A stretch of 17,649 nt of DNA from the IMG/VR virus record IMGVR_UViG_3300045988_168222, positions 1-17,649 of that record. One strand, 5' to 3'. The translations under genes were made by a program, and so were the position numbers. Each line of letters begins with the position of its first letter. Position 1 is the first letter of the stretch. The stretch is from a virus. Positions 7,172-16,439 of the stretch are shown here, in pieces. The notes under the pieces were generated by a model, which saw only the letters and a list, made by a program, of their open reading frames with translations, had not been told where the DNA came from and did no database searches.

Positions 7172-8719
7172 TTAGTCCCACCAAACAACACCACTAATAG
7201 CATTCAGGAAAGCATCTCTAGGATATGTAATTCTAGCAACGTGTCTATTTGGGATAGGTGAATTAGCTAGATAAGCATTTTGTTCAATTGTTGTTACTGT
7301 TGTATCTGTGAAACTTTCAATAACACCAGTATGACCCCATGAGATTGTTTGAAGATAGGCTGTACCTCCACCGTCAATAGTCCCGCTTGGTCCTCTGTAA
7401 TTACTTGCTACGTTAAAAATCATACCTTTTTTCAAATCACTGGCAGGCATTGCTACACCTGTATAATCTTTAGTATGTGCCCCTGCCTCACCCCAATTAT
7501 AGGCATTATGGAGTTGTGATGCATACATGGTTCCTGCACCTGATAACATTTTAAATCTGTCACTATAACATGATGCACATGTGTATCCGCTCATCAATCC
7601 AGCAAAGTAACCAGACAAGGCAAAACATTGACTTTCAGCATTACCACTAGCAAAGTCCGCCCCTGGTGTACCGCTACCAATAAAGCCAGCAATGTCAGAT
7701 AGAGCTTTTGTAATTCGGTCTGATGCTGGTTTGTTTTGGTGATCTACATCTGACTGAGATGGTGAAGATCCACCCGAACCTGTCTGACCTGATGGTTTGA
7801 CGGTGTCTTTTAAGATAGATGTAATAGCGTCCTCAAGGATTTTTTTAACCTCGTCAAGTGCCTCATCAGATAAACGAACACGCCATAAATTCATATTTTT
7901 TGTTAATTTAACAACTTTATTAAACATATATTGCTCAGATGCTGTATATACATTTTGATTAAACATGTCTTTTAACGTGTCAAACATTTTATTCAAAGCT
8001 TCCAGCATTGCTTTTCGTTTTGCTGAATTATCAACTTTGTCCTCTTTTGGTTTTGTTGGGTTTTGTGGTGATGCTACACCATCGTTTCCACCACCTCCTG
8101 AAAACGGGTCAACTCCAGCATCTTTAATGGTTTTAATCATTAAATCATAAGGATTGCCAAAATATACTGCTGGAGCGCTCGATCCTTGGTGTTGTAAACA
8201 CCAATCCTCAGCAAACACCCAAGCATTTCCCGCCATAGTAGACGGCATCATTATAGATCCTATTGTTCCCTTACCAGCATTATTATAAGCGTTTTGACAA
8301 TCATTGATATTTTCCTGAGGAGGTGTGCCTCTTACTTCAGGGGCTGTCATCGCTACTGGATAACCGTTATATCCGTTGTCAATTTTACGACAATATTCAA
8401 GGTCTGAAATTAAACACTCCATACCTGTTGACCCCTGGTCAGTGGCATAGTGGTTGATCCAGTTACCAGCACCACCACCCTCAGTTACAGTGTAAAATAG
8501 GAAAAAAGCAGCCTCTCCCTGATATTCTTTAATTTTAGGGATATAAGTGCTAAGTAGATTTTGTTTATTTACACCATATGAATTGATAACAGGTCTTGCA
8601 CCAGGTTGACCCATGAACCAATCGGCAAGTGCCTCATCACTCAATCCAAAATTGTTTGAAGTTTTGTTTTTGAAAAAATTAATATATTGTTCAGTTGAAT
8701 AAGTTTTATATGATGGCAT
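7172..8719 (-). CDS. plyCA: PlyCA-like endolysin catalytic subunit: N-terminal glycosidase-like domain, helical linker and C-terminal CHAP domain (515 aa)
   Basis: The C-terminus has the CHAP signature (QCFALSGYFAG..., His in WGHTGVIES). The N-terminal 200 aa, including FGLSDEALADWFMGQPGARPVINSYGVN and TEGGGAGNWINHY, resemble the recalled PlyCA GyH domain. RBS GAAAGGAAATAAAATG precedes the start. Confidence 0.8.
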   Translation of the reverse strand: MPSYKTYSTEQYINFFKNKTSNNFGLSDEALADWFMGQPGARPVINSYGVNKQNLLSTYIPKIKEYQGEAAFFLFYTVTEGGGAGNWINHYATDQGSTGMECLISDLEYCRKIDNGYNGYPVAMTAPEVRGTPPQENINDCQNAYNNAGKGTIGSIMMPSTMAGNAWVFAEDWCLQHQGSSAPAVYFGNPYDLMIKTIKDAGVDPFSGGGGNDGVASPQNPTKPKEDKVDNSAKRKAMLEALNKMFDTLKDMFNQNVYTASEQYMFNKVVKLTKNMNLWRVRLSDEALDEVKKILEDAITSILKDTVKPSGQTGSGGSSPSQSDVDHQNKPASDRITKALSDIAGFIGSGTPGADFASGNAESQCFALSGYFAGLMSGYTCASCYSDRFKMLSGAGTMYASQLHNAYNWGEAGAHTKDYTGVAMPASDLKKGMIFNVASNYRGPSGTIDGGGTAYLQTISWGHTGVIESFTDTTVTTIEQNAYLANSPIPNRHVARITYPRDAFLNAISGVVWWD

Positions 8720-8731
8720 TTTATTTCCTTT

Positions 8732-10483
8732 CTATGCAATAACATTATTATCAGCCATATCACTACGTTTTGATAAGTCATTATAATTGTGCCACAATCT
8801 TACACCACCCTCAAAAAGTGTTTTAAGCTGGTCAAATAATTCTCGGTCAATGTCATTTATCCAGTAGTTACCCTTAAATTGTACCCAATTGGCTTTACTC
8901 ATTGAATTCACGTTATAAATTTGATTGTCGTGTGGCATTGCTTCATGACCAAAAGCACCATAATATCTGCGAAGACTGTTTAATTCTTCATAATTAATCG
9001 TTGAAACTTTCAACCAAATACCATAGTCGCCTGTTTTATCCAGTACGCTGTTAGTATAACCACCCTCACTAACTGTTGGTGGTGAGATCTTCCACTGATT
9101 CATCTGTGCCTTTTGATTGCGATAATATTCATATTCATCAGCAAACAAACCTGCTCCTTTGGCTGGTGCGCTAGCAAGTCCACCACTAAACACGTTTGAA
9201 TAAACAGAAACAGCGTTGAATAGTCTATCTTTAACAGAATTATTAGGGTTAGTCATCTCTTGAATACGTCCTGAAATTGTTTTAGAATTTTCAAGTTGAC
9301 GAGAATAAGCAGTGTTAGCTTTGTTTAAAATATAGTTATTAATCATCACGGGAACATTATCGAATGTTGTGATGCTCATTTGATTATCACGATAAAATCC
9401 GTGATTTGATTCATTTGTTTCACGTTGTCCGTATTCCAATGAATAAATGTCAATTTCATTGAAAGCACCTAAGACTGATGATGCGTATATCGTGTTACCG
9501 TCTTTGATTTTACCTGTTTCAAAGTTTAATTGATTACCACGATAGTCAGTTAGATAAATATTAATAACTTGATCACGTACCAAATAATCTTCAAAATCTT
9601 TTAATCCTAAAACCTCTTTGATTTTTGATTTTGTTAAATTAAAAGGCATTGTTAAGATATTTGAATTATTGCCACCGTCCAAAACATATAATTTTGTTCC
9701 TTTACAGTCTTGTGTGTTTAATCCTGATAAATTAAAGAACATTTTAGGAACCTTTACAATTGTTTTGAAATTTTGTGTTATCCAGGGATATGCTGATAAC
9801 GTTCTAAGCAAGCTATCAAGATCAGCACTTGATACTAGATATAGGTTAACAGCTGATGTTATTCCGTCATATGTTCCGCCTGTTGCCGTTTGCATTTTGG
9901 GCTTATCTTCAGTCCCGAATTCGCCATCTAATTCAACAGCGCTTTGAATGATATACATAAAATCATTAAATTGTACACCGTCTTTATTATTGTTTGAAAA
10001 TTGTGAGGGGTTAATAAACATCATTGTTGAAGTTGGTAAAATGTCGTTACATGTTCTCAGGTATTCCTCACGTCCTCTTAATCGTTGCAACGGTAAATGC
10101 TGTCTGATAACCTCAACATTTTGAAGATTTTCCAATACACTTCCTTGGGTGTAAGTCATAACAACATCAATAACCAAGTCAAGTTGTGTTGTTTTATCAT
10201 TCATATAAGTCGTTTTAACAATAAAAGCATAGTATGCTTTTCCGTCCCAACCATCAATAAAACGGCAATAATTAAAACCTTGTAAGCTTTCCATTTCCAT
10301 AGGAACGTTAACAGTTCCACGGTCATAACGATAATTGAAACGATTAGGAAATTCAATGGTGTTATTTCCAGTAAAATAACTATCAAACCATTTATCACGC
10401 TCACTATTTGAATTAAAATGCAAAGTATTTTGCATATCGGTGAAATTAGTGTTTTTATATAACGAAAATTGTGATAATTTCAT
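8732..10483 (-). CDS. Tail structural protein (583 aa), possibly a phi29 gp9-like tail knob or major tail protein
   Basis: Assigned by size and position only: between the fiber genes and the lysin, as in 44AHJD/P68. It has its own extended -10 promoter, and the RBS GAAAGGAGAG precedes the start. Confidence 0.4.
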   Translation of the reverse strand: MKLSQFSLYKNTNFTDMQNTLHFNSNSERDKWFDSYFTGNNTIEFPNRFNYRYDRGTVNVPMEMESLQGFNYCRFIDGWDGKAYYAFIVKTTYMNDKTTQLDLVIDVVMTYTQGSVLENLQNVEVIRQHLPLQRLRGREEYLRTCNDILPTSTMMFINPSQFSNNNKDGVQFNDFMYIIQSAVELDGEFGTEDKPKMQTATGGTYDGITSAVNLYLVSSADLDSLLRTLSAYPWITQNFKTIVKVPKMFFNLSGLNTQDCKGTKLYVLDGGNNSNILTMPFNLTKSKIKEVLGLKDFEDYLVRDQVINIYLTDYRGNQLNFETGKIKDGNTIYASSVLGAFNEIDIYSLEYGQRETNESNHGFYRDNQMSITTFDNVPVMINNYILNKANTAYSRQLENSKTISGRIQEMTNPNNSVKDRLFNAVSVYSNVFSGGLASAPAKGAGLFADEYEYYRNQKAQMNQWKISPPTVSEGGYTNSVLDKTGDYGIWLKVSTINYEELNSLRRYYGAFGHEAMPHDNQIYNVNSMSKANWVQFKGNYWINDIDRELFDQLKTLFEGGVRLWHNYNDLSKRSDMADNNVIA

Positions 10484-10497
10484 ATGCTCTCCTTTCT

Positions 10498-10533
10498 ATA
10501 GTATATTATAACACAAAAACACCCGTATTTAAA
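10498..10533 (-). promoter_or_regulatory. Promoter TTTAAA-17-TGtTATAAT, partly inside the upstream terminator
   Basis: Minus-strand -10 TATAAT (plus 10505-10510) preceded by TGT. The -35-like TTTAAA (10528-10533) lies in the loop of the 10511-10541 hairpin. Confidence 0.5.
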
Positions 10534-10541
10534 CGGGTGTT
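10511..10541 (-). terminator. Rho-independent terminator after the fiber gene
   Basis: Minus-strand hairpin AACACCCGT-ttaaat-ACGGGTGTT followed by TTTTGTGT. Confidence 0.65.
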
Positions 10542-10546
10542 ATTAT

Positions 10547-11626
10547 TTAGATGATGTCACTAAAAGTGATAACATAGTTTTGTGTTGTGTTATTTGTTGT
10601 TGATACTGTCAAAGTATACCCTGATAATGTGAATACACAACCGCTAATGCGTACCGTGTTATTATCACCGTAAGCATTCATAATGTTTGTGAATTTAGTA
10701 GTGTCCTGTGTGTTAAGTGTGAAGTTAACAGAAGGTACACCTTTTAAAATTTTAACAATGAAGTTAAATTCATCTTCAGATGTTGAAACACTTGTATTTG
10801 CTGACACACTTTTAACATGTGTTTTGAGTAAGCCAAAACCTGGAACACTATACTTTTGATTTAGCGTGTAAAGTTGACGTAAACCATTACCAGACACACC
10901 TATTGAAGTGTTGTTAGTGATTGTGTTTTGTTTTTGACTAAGTAAGGTATCGATAGCAGACTTATCAGAAACTTGCTCAATCCATTGACTCCAAATAGTA
11001 CCGTTATAATAACGCTTGTATTTCTTATAAACATTATTGTCAATTGTTGTTGCCTCTTGAAATGCTCCTGATGCATCTTTAAATGAATGAACAAAATACC
11101 AATAATCACTTGGTGCGTTCACCGCCTTCCAAGTTTTAACATTTCCATTTTCTAAATTGTTTAAGTCAAATCCGTCTGGCACTCTAGTGTATTCAATACC
11201 TAATTTTGTTGTATTTCCTGAAGTTGTTTTACTAATACCATAATTGGTTAGTAAGTTATCATGTTCCAAAACTTTTTGAGGGTTTGTGTCTACTTTTGTT
11301 GTTGCACTTGTTCCGTTTGCACCTTTTTGGAGTGTTACTGTGTTTCGTGTACTTTCAAGCGACTGCTCTTTTTGAGTATCATGTTTAGGGTGAATAGTTA
11401 CAGTGTTAGTTGTTTCGTCTTTAGTTACTGTAATTAAGTCACTATTATCTGATACAACTGTTTTTAAGTTATCAGTTAAATTATAATAACTTTCAACTTT
11501 TCCTTTTTTCGTGTGAACATATGTATTTTGACCGTCTGAAATTAAATCGTTAACGTTAGTTAGTGACTTATCAAAGCTTTCAATGTCATCAACACCTGTC
11601 ACACCACGTACAAATTTTTTTGCCAT
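10547..11626 (-). CDS. Putative tail fiber / receptor-binding protein (359 aa)
   Basis: Ser/Thr/Asn-rich and beta-rich, with a conserved-looking N-terminal anchor (MAKKFVRGVTGVDDIE). It is the last structural gene before a terminator. RBS GAAAGGAAAAAAAATATTATG precedes the start. Confidence 0.4.
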   Translation of the reverse strand: MAKKFVRGVTGVDDIESFDKSLTNVNDLISDGQNTYVHTKKGKVESYYNLTDNLKTVVSDNSDLITVTKDETTNTVTIHPKHDTQKEQSLESTRNTVTLQKGANGTSATTKVDTNPQKVLEHDNLLTNYGISKTTSGNTTKLGIEYTRVPDGFDLNNLENGNVKTWKAVNAPSDYWYFVHSFKDASGAFQEATTIDNNVYKKYKRYYNGTIWSQWIEQVSDKSAIDTLLSQKQNTITNNTSIGVSGNGLRQLYTLNQKYSVPGFGLLKTHVKSVSANTSVSTSEDEFNFIVKILKGVPSVNFTLNTQDTTKFTNIMNAYGDNNTVRISGCVFTLSGYTLTVSTTNNTTQNYVITFSDII

Positions 11627-11663
11627 AATATTTTTTTTCCTTTCTGTGTTTATTATATCATAA

Positions 11664-11795
11664 TTATTGTGATTCTGGAATATTCAAAGGGTGGTTTAAA
11701 TTTCCATTATTAAATTCATCAGAAAAATATAATTTACCCTCGTGTTCAATGATTGTAATACCGTTGTTTTCTTGTTTTACTTCTTCAAGTGTCAT
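11664..11795 (-). CDS. Hypothetical small protein (43 aa; not in the supplied ORF track)
   Basis: Strong RBS AAGAAAGGAGCTTATATG. It fills the gap between the 429-aa and 359-aa tail genes. The product is hydrophilic. Confidence 0.4.
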   Translation of the reverse strand: MTLEEVKQENNGITIIEHEGKLYFSDEFNNGNLNHPLNIPESQ

Positions 11796-11813
11796 ATAAG
11801 CTCCTTTCTTATG

Positions 11814-13103
11814 CTATGCGATTGTTTGTACAGGGTCACAATTTGCTAAGTCTTCAGGGTCTCCGTTTGCTTTGTATTTAGGTAAATACTCTTTACCGTT
11901 GTCATCAAGCCAAGTGATAACTGTGTAAACCTCTTCAGTGACTGGTTTAACAATGTCGCCAGGTGTTGGAATTGATTTCAAACTTTTAGACCAAACAGAA
12001 AACACTCCATCAGTACCATAATCCAAACGTAATACCCAAGGATACATTAGATGGTTTGTAGGGTCGTGAAAATAATTTTGATAGTATCGGAAAGCGTATC
12101 TATTAATCTGTGCTCTAAGATTGTTTGAAATTTTTCCGCCATAATTTCCTTGAATTTCAGTTTTTGTGAAGTCCCCCAACTTAGACCAGTCAGCAGGATT
12201 AATGGTTGCACCGTTTGTTGTAAGCCCACTAAAGTCAAAACCAATACGTTCAATACGTGTAATACGTCCATTTATTCGTTGTGTAAATGAATTGTATAGA
12301 CAATCAAATCGGTCTTTACCGTTAACAATGTTTGTTGTTTTTACATTGGTGTGGCTGTAACCAGTAGTTGAAACAGCCCCAACAAGTGTGCTTGCCATTG
12401 TAGCAATATTTTTCACGTTTAGTGTTTCTGCTTCCAGAACCTTTACTTTTTGATTCCATGTATCAATTTCAGCTGAAATACCATCAATAGCATCTAAACG
12501 TTTTTGGATATTTGCAATGATAAGCATCAAACCTGAGTCAGCTTGTTCATAGTCTTTGCGGTTAGCTTCAATAATCTTGCGTAATTCTTCAAGCTGTTCT
12601 TTAGTAGCCCAGCCACCCCCGTCAAGTAAGTCAACACGAGTCTTTAAAGAGTTAAAGTCATTTAAGTGACTGTTGAATGAATTTTGTAACGTTTTAAAGT
12701 TTGTTTCAAGAGCAGTGACACGGTTTTTTAAGTCATCAATGTTTGCTGTTTCAACGAATAAGCCGTCCGAGTTAGCAACTAACTTGTTACCAGTAGCTTT
12801 TGAAATTTTAACGTTAGCTTTCAAAACAATGTCATTTACACCCTCAACCAGCCACGATGTTTTTTTGATTAATTCAATTGTTTGCGTGTCTTCAGTGTTA
12901 ACGTCTCTCTTTGCTAATTCGTTTACAAAATCAACAATAGACTTAATAAGTTCATTAAAATTTGATAGATAATCGTAATATGATGGTGCGTTAGTATTGT
13001 AGTCACGTCTATCATCATACCACGGTTGCCAGTGACCCTCAAGTGATAATGGTAGGTGAGGTGCGTTATATGGTTTATTTTCATCAAAGTTAATATTTTC
13101 CAT
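11814..13103 (-). CDS. Tail appendage / fiber protein with a central coiled-coil (429 aa)
   Basis: A long heptad-like region (LKNRVTALETNFKTLQNSFNSHLNDFNSLKTRVDLL...) followed by a Gly/Thr-rich C-terminal domain. RBS AAGAAAGGAAAACAATG precedes the start. Confidence 0.4.
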   Translation of the reverse strand: MENINFDENKPYNAPHLPLSLEGHWQPWYDDRRDYNTNAPSYYDYLSNFNELIKSIVDFVNELAKRDVNTEDTQTIELIKKTSWLVEGVNDIVLKANVKISKATGNKLVANSDGLFVETANIDDLKNRVTALETNFKTLQNSFNSHLNDFNSLKTRVDLLDGGGWATKEQLEELRKIIEANRKDYEQADSGLMLIIANIQKRLDAIDGISAEIDTWNQKVKVLEAETLNVKNIATMASTLVGAVSTTGYSHTNVKTTNIVNGKDRFDCLYNSFTQRINGRITRIERIGFDFSGLTTNGATINPADWSKLGDFTKTEIQGNYGGKISNNLRAQINRYAFRYYQNYFHDPTNHLMYPWVLRLDYGTDGVFSVWSKSLKSIPTPGDIVKPVTEEVYTVITWLDDNGKEYLPKYKANGDPEDLANCDPVQTIA

Positions 13104-13120
13104 TTGTTTTCCTTTCTTAA

Positions 13121-13780
13121 TTATAAAATTTGTGAGAATAAAATTTTATCTAAGTCGTTAAATAGGTCATTATGAAACGTATATAGTTCTCTCATTCGCC
13201 CAACTTCATAAGTTTCTTGTTTGCTAAAATCGATACTATCAACGTCTGATGTATTAGTTGCCCTAGATTTTGAATGCGCTGTAGTGTCTGCGTAGTCATA
13301 GGTTTCTTTGTCCAGTGATAAATCAGTATTATCTTGTGGTAAGGTAACCGCTAGATTATTATCACGGGTTACCGTTGAACCTGTTGAAGTTGATGCTGAA
13401 TTACCATAAGTATATACTTTATTATTTAAGTATTTCTTACCATTGATATAATAATCATTTATAACGTCTTTAATCCCACGAATAAAGCTAGCTAAGCGCC
13501 AGTTAAATGTTTCATATGTTTGAAATTTAATAGTACGTGTTAAGAATTTGGCTAAAAATTCACTTTCAAATTCATCTCGGACTTGCTCGTCTAAAAAATC
13601 AAGACCATAGAAAATTGTATTTCTGCAAACTGATTTTACTTCATTATCATACTGTAACACTTTGTGCGTGAATTGTAGTTCAGGATTATAGTATATAATT
13701 TCATTACCCCTTAAGAAGTCGCTATAAACATTATTATAGGTTGTGTAAATAACATCGTATAAACGTGTCGTTGTCTTCAT
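13121..13780 (-). CDS. Putative lower collar / tail tube protein (219 aa)
   Basis: Assigned by position directly downstream of the connector gene, with TAATG coupling, as the lower collar is in phi29-like and 44AHJD-like genomes. Confidence 0.35.
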   Translation of the reverse strand: MKTTTRLYDVIYTTYNNVYSDFLRGNEIIYYNPELQFTHKVLQYDNEVKSVCRNTIFYGLDFLDEQVRDEFESEFLAKFLTRTIKFQTYETFNWRLASFIRGIKDVINDYYINGKKYLNNKVYTYGNSASTSTGSTVTRDNNLAVTLPQDNTDLSLDKETYDYADTTAHSKSRATNTSDVDSIDFSKQETYEVGRMRELYTFHNDLFNDLDKILFSQIL

Positions 13781-14742
13781 TAAATACCCCCGTCTAAAAT
13801 TTGTACTTTTTCAAGGCTTGAAAGTTCGCTAGCTATTTCATCTCTAAAGCTTGCTTTTAATTCTGTTTTGAATTTATCATTGTAATGTTTTAGCTTTTCA
13901 TTTCTAGCTTGTAAATAAATACCAGCGTTAGCTTTTTGGTATGCTTTGTTGCTTTCAGCCTCGGACTGTGAAACACCGCTTTCTTTGTCAACGGCTAGGG
14001 AAGTAAGACCCAAAATGTTATTAAGTTCAGCAATATTATTTTGGTATTCTCGTTTTAGCTCAGGTAAAGCACTGATGATACCTTGACCCTCGTTGATGCT
14101 TAAAATGCTTTCATCAGGGTCAAAGAATTTTGTTGTTTTAATATATGGAGCGCCATTATATAAATCTTGTGTGATTTGCTCTACGTCCTCATCATTTGAC
14201 TCCCCTCTGATAACAGTAGAGATTTTAGCTTGCATATAAATGCTAAATCTTGACATGGCAATCTCTGCAATACGTTCGCTATATGTTTCAATAATATTGA
14301 AGTCGTTAGTTAGTTGGATTGGTTTGTTCCATAATACAATAAAATTACCTGTTTCATAGCCGTCATGGTAAGTGATTTCTTTATAAAATTTTTCTTTAAT
14401 TTTATTTGATATAAAGAAATTAATATCGTTACCTGTAAGTGGTCTTGTGCCATAAGTTTGAATATTTGATAGGGTGTTAGATTGGTTTACTGTTCCTAAA
14501 ATCATTGTACCCTTTTTAGTTTGTCCAATTGCAACACCGTAACCCTGTCTAAGCCATACTTCAAGTTGAATTGGGTCAATCAAAACATTTTTATCGTTTA
14601 AACCCTCGTATGAAATTACCGATGGTAGAAATTCGATATAACGATTTTTAAAGAATTTGAAAAAGTTATTTCTTTGTGAGATAACTCTCATTTTGACTTT
14701 TTCGGATAAGGTTTGCTCGATATTTGAATAAAAGTGACTCAT
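13780..14742 (-). CDS. Putative head-tail connector (portal / upper collar), phi29 gp10-like (320 aa)
   Basis: Size and position match (phi29 gp10 is 309 aa, immediately after the capsid gene). The C-terminal part is acidic. RBS AAGAAAGGAG precedes the start. Confidence 0.5.
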   Translation of the reverse strand: MSHFYSNIEQTLSEKVKMRVISQRNNFFKFFKNRYIEFLPSVISYEGLNDKNVLIDPIQLEVWLRQGYGVAIGQTKKGTMILGTVNQSNTLSNIQTYGTRPLTGNDINFFISNKIKEKFYKEITYHDGYETGNFIVLWNKPIQLTNDFNIIETYSERIAEIAMSRFSIYMQAKISTVIRGESNDEDVEQITQDLYNGAPYIKTTKFFDPDESILSINEGQGIISALPELKREYQNNIAELNNILGLTSLAVDKESGVSQSEAESNKAYQKANAGIYLQARNEKLKHYNDKFKTELKASFRDEIASELSSLEKVQILDGGI

Positions 14743-14754
14743 GTTACTCCTTTC

Positions 14755-14787
14755 TTAAATAAAATAAAAGCATGGGCGAACCCATGC
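14755..14787 (-). terminator. Rho-independent terminator after the major capsid gene
   Basis: Minus-strand hairpin GCATGGG-ttcg-CCCATGC followed by TTTTATTTTATTT. No promoter follows, so the connector gene is reached by readthrough. Confidence 0.7.
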
Positions 14788-14794
14788 ATTTTGG

Positions 14795-15943
14795 CTATTC
14801 GCCTTGAATAACGACTTTGTTGTAAAATGGTGAGATTGCTTTGAATGAGTAGTAGTGGATCCAGTAAGTGATTTCATCAAATTCACCATTGTAAAATGGT
14901 TGTTTAAGCATTCCTTTTGTGTAGCGTTTGTAACGAATGGCACGGGCATCAAGAACCATTGCAAACAAGTCTGATGTTGGTTTAATTTCTTCAATGTTTG
15001 ACTTGATAACGTCCGAAACGTCATAAGTGAATACATACCCTTTAGGAATTGTATCACCGACTTGCACTTGATAGTCTCCGAAAAGTTGTAGTTTGTTCAA
15101 AATAGGTTGTGTTACTGTAATATCTGCTGTTGTGCGGTAAGCCCCGCCCAAGTCGTCAAAAGAAATAATAATTTTAGACAAGTCAATTCCTTCTGCGTGG
15201 AAAGTGTTAGCCAGAAACGTATTCAAAAGATAGCGTTTTACCTTGTCAGTAGTGATAATAATCATGTCAGATAGTTTACTGTTAGTAGTGAAACGACCAA
15301 GTGCGCCACCTGATGCAGTAGAGGCCTCATTATGTTTTGCGCTGTTATTTTGTAGGTTCAAAATTGCCTCTGAAAGTGTTTCAAACAATTCTTCCATGCT
15401 TGTTACGGTGCGTTTGTCTGCTACGTGATTAATACCATAATCAACTAACATGGCTTTAACCTCTGCCTCTTCGGCTACGTTGATGTCAGTGATTTTTTTG
15501 CGATATACAGAAACGGCATAAGTGATAGCGTCACCGATTGTAAGAAAGTTTAGACGTGTATCGTTGTTGTTTAGTGTGAATTTTAGTTTCTTAAGAATAC
15601 CTTGACCATAAAGTTTTGTAGCCATTTTAGGATAGTTACGCTTAAGCATAAGTTCGGCATTCTTAGATAAGTCAAGTTCAATAGGTACACTGTCCAAAAT
15701 AACATATTCTTCAGAATATTGACCGATAAAATCAACTTCTTTGGCTAGCCAGTTGAAACGGTTTCCAAGGATTGACTCAATAATAAGTGTCTCATTAAGT
15801 TTAGGGAAAAGGTATTTATTCACATATGTTTCAAATTCTTTGCCTTGATTGTCCCAATTTGTTCCAAAAGTCCAAGCGTGACCAGTTTCACCGTTGTGGG
15901 TGATAAGTGAGGCTTGGACTGCTTGTGATAGTGCATCAGCCAT
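14795..15943 (-). CDS. Putative major capsid protein (382 aa)
   Basis: It is the largest ORF between the scaffold-like gene and the connector. It is followed by a strong attenuating terminator, as expected for the most abundant structural protein. RBS GGAGGT precedes the start, with TAATG coupling. Confidence 0.55.
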   Translation of the reverse strand: MADALSQAVQASLITHNGETGHAWTFGTNWDNQGKEFETYVNKYLFPKLNETLIIESILGNRFNWLAKEVDFIGQYSEEYVILDSVPIELDLSKNAELMLKRNYPKMATKLYGQGILKKLKFTLNNNDTRLNFLTIGDAITYAVSVYRKKITDINVAEEAEVKAMLVDYGINHVADKRTVTSMEELFETLSEAILNLQNNSAKHNEASTASGGALGRFTTNSKLSDMIIITTDKVKRYLLNTFLANTFHAEGIDLSKIIISFDDLGGAYRTTADITVTQPILNKLQLFGDYQVQVGDTIPKGYVFTYDVSDVIKSNIEEIKPTSDLFAMVLDARAIRYKRYTKGMLKQPFYNGEFDEITYWIHYYSFKAISPFYNKVVIQGE

Positions 15944-16104
15944 TAGTTAGTACCTCCGATGTTCCATAGTTTTGATTCATAGGAATCTCGTCCCTGAGCT
16001 GTGATTGACATTGATTCGTTTAATTCATTGGCTTTTGATAGTTTTTCATAACCAAAGTCACCGCCTGAATTAAATGTCTTTGATGTTCCTTCGATTGGTT
16101 CCAT
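15943..16104 (-). CDS. Small late protein (53 aa; true start probably the internal ATG at 16102-16104)
   Basis: RBS GAAAGGAAAAATAAAATG lies before the MEPIEG... start. The longer 96-aa reading in the track would overlap the scaffold-like gene. Confidence 0.45.
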   Translation of the reverse strand: MEPIEGTSKTFNSGGDFGYEKLSKANELNESMSITAQGRDSYESKLWNIGGTN

Positions 16105-16126
16105 TTTTATTTTTCCTTTCTTTATT

Positions 16127-16420
16127 TTATGCGAGTAGCTCGTCGAGATATTGTTGTGATTCAAGGTCTGATAATTCAACTTGCAATTTTTGAGCATCTT
16201 CCAATGCGTGTTGGTATGTTGTAAATTGTTCAAACATTAATTTATCAAGTTTAGCTACTTTCTCAGTGTCTTTTTCATCTACGATTGTTTTTGCTTTCAT
16301 CACTTTAAGATATTCGCTATAAGCGTTTGTTTGAGTGATTTGCGCTTGTGTTAATAGTACACGTTTTTGAGATAGTTCATCATCTAGTGAAGTAGTAGTA
16401 GTAGTAGTTTGTTCCGCCAT
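16127..16420 (-). CDS. Scaffold-like coiled-coil protein (97 aa; compare phi29 gp7 at 98 aa)
   Basis: Predicted helical and charged. It is positioned just upstream of the capsid gene. RBS GAAAGGAAAAATAAAAAATG precedes the start. It contains a (AGT)6 tract encoding TTTTTT. Confidence 0.5.
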   Translation of the reverse strand: MAEQTTTTTTSLDDELSQKRVLLTQAQITQTNAYSEYLKVMKAKTIVDEKDTEKVAKLDKLMFEQFTTYQHALEDAQKLQVELSDLESQQYLDELLA

Positions 16421-16439
16421 TTTTTATTTTTCCTTTCTG

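Noticed and set aside
7965-15428. Plus-strand ORFs of 61-109 aa in the track (7965-8150, 9618-9947, 10097-10285, 12166-12360, 12673-12972, 15243-15428) and minus-strand ORFs 10201-10404, 10900-11109, 12047-12271, 14755-15057
   Set aside because: All lie inside or antisense to large, well-supported structural or lysin genes. They lack an SD sequence and have low-complexity composition. They are AT-rich-genome shadow ORFs.
15943-16233. 96-aa reading of ORF 15943-16233
   Set aside because: Its N-terminal 43 codons overlap the scaffold-like gene in another frame, with no RBS. An internal ATG at 16102-16104 has a strong RBS, so the gene is called as 53 aa instead.
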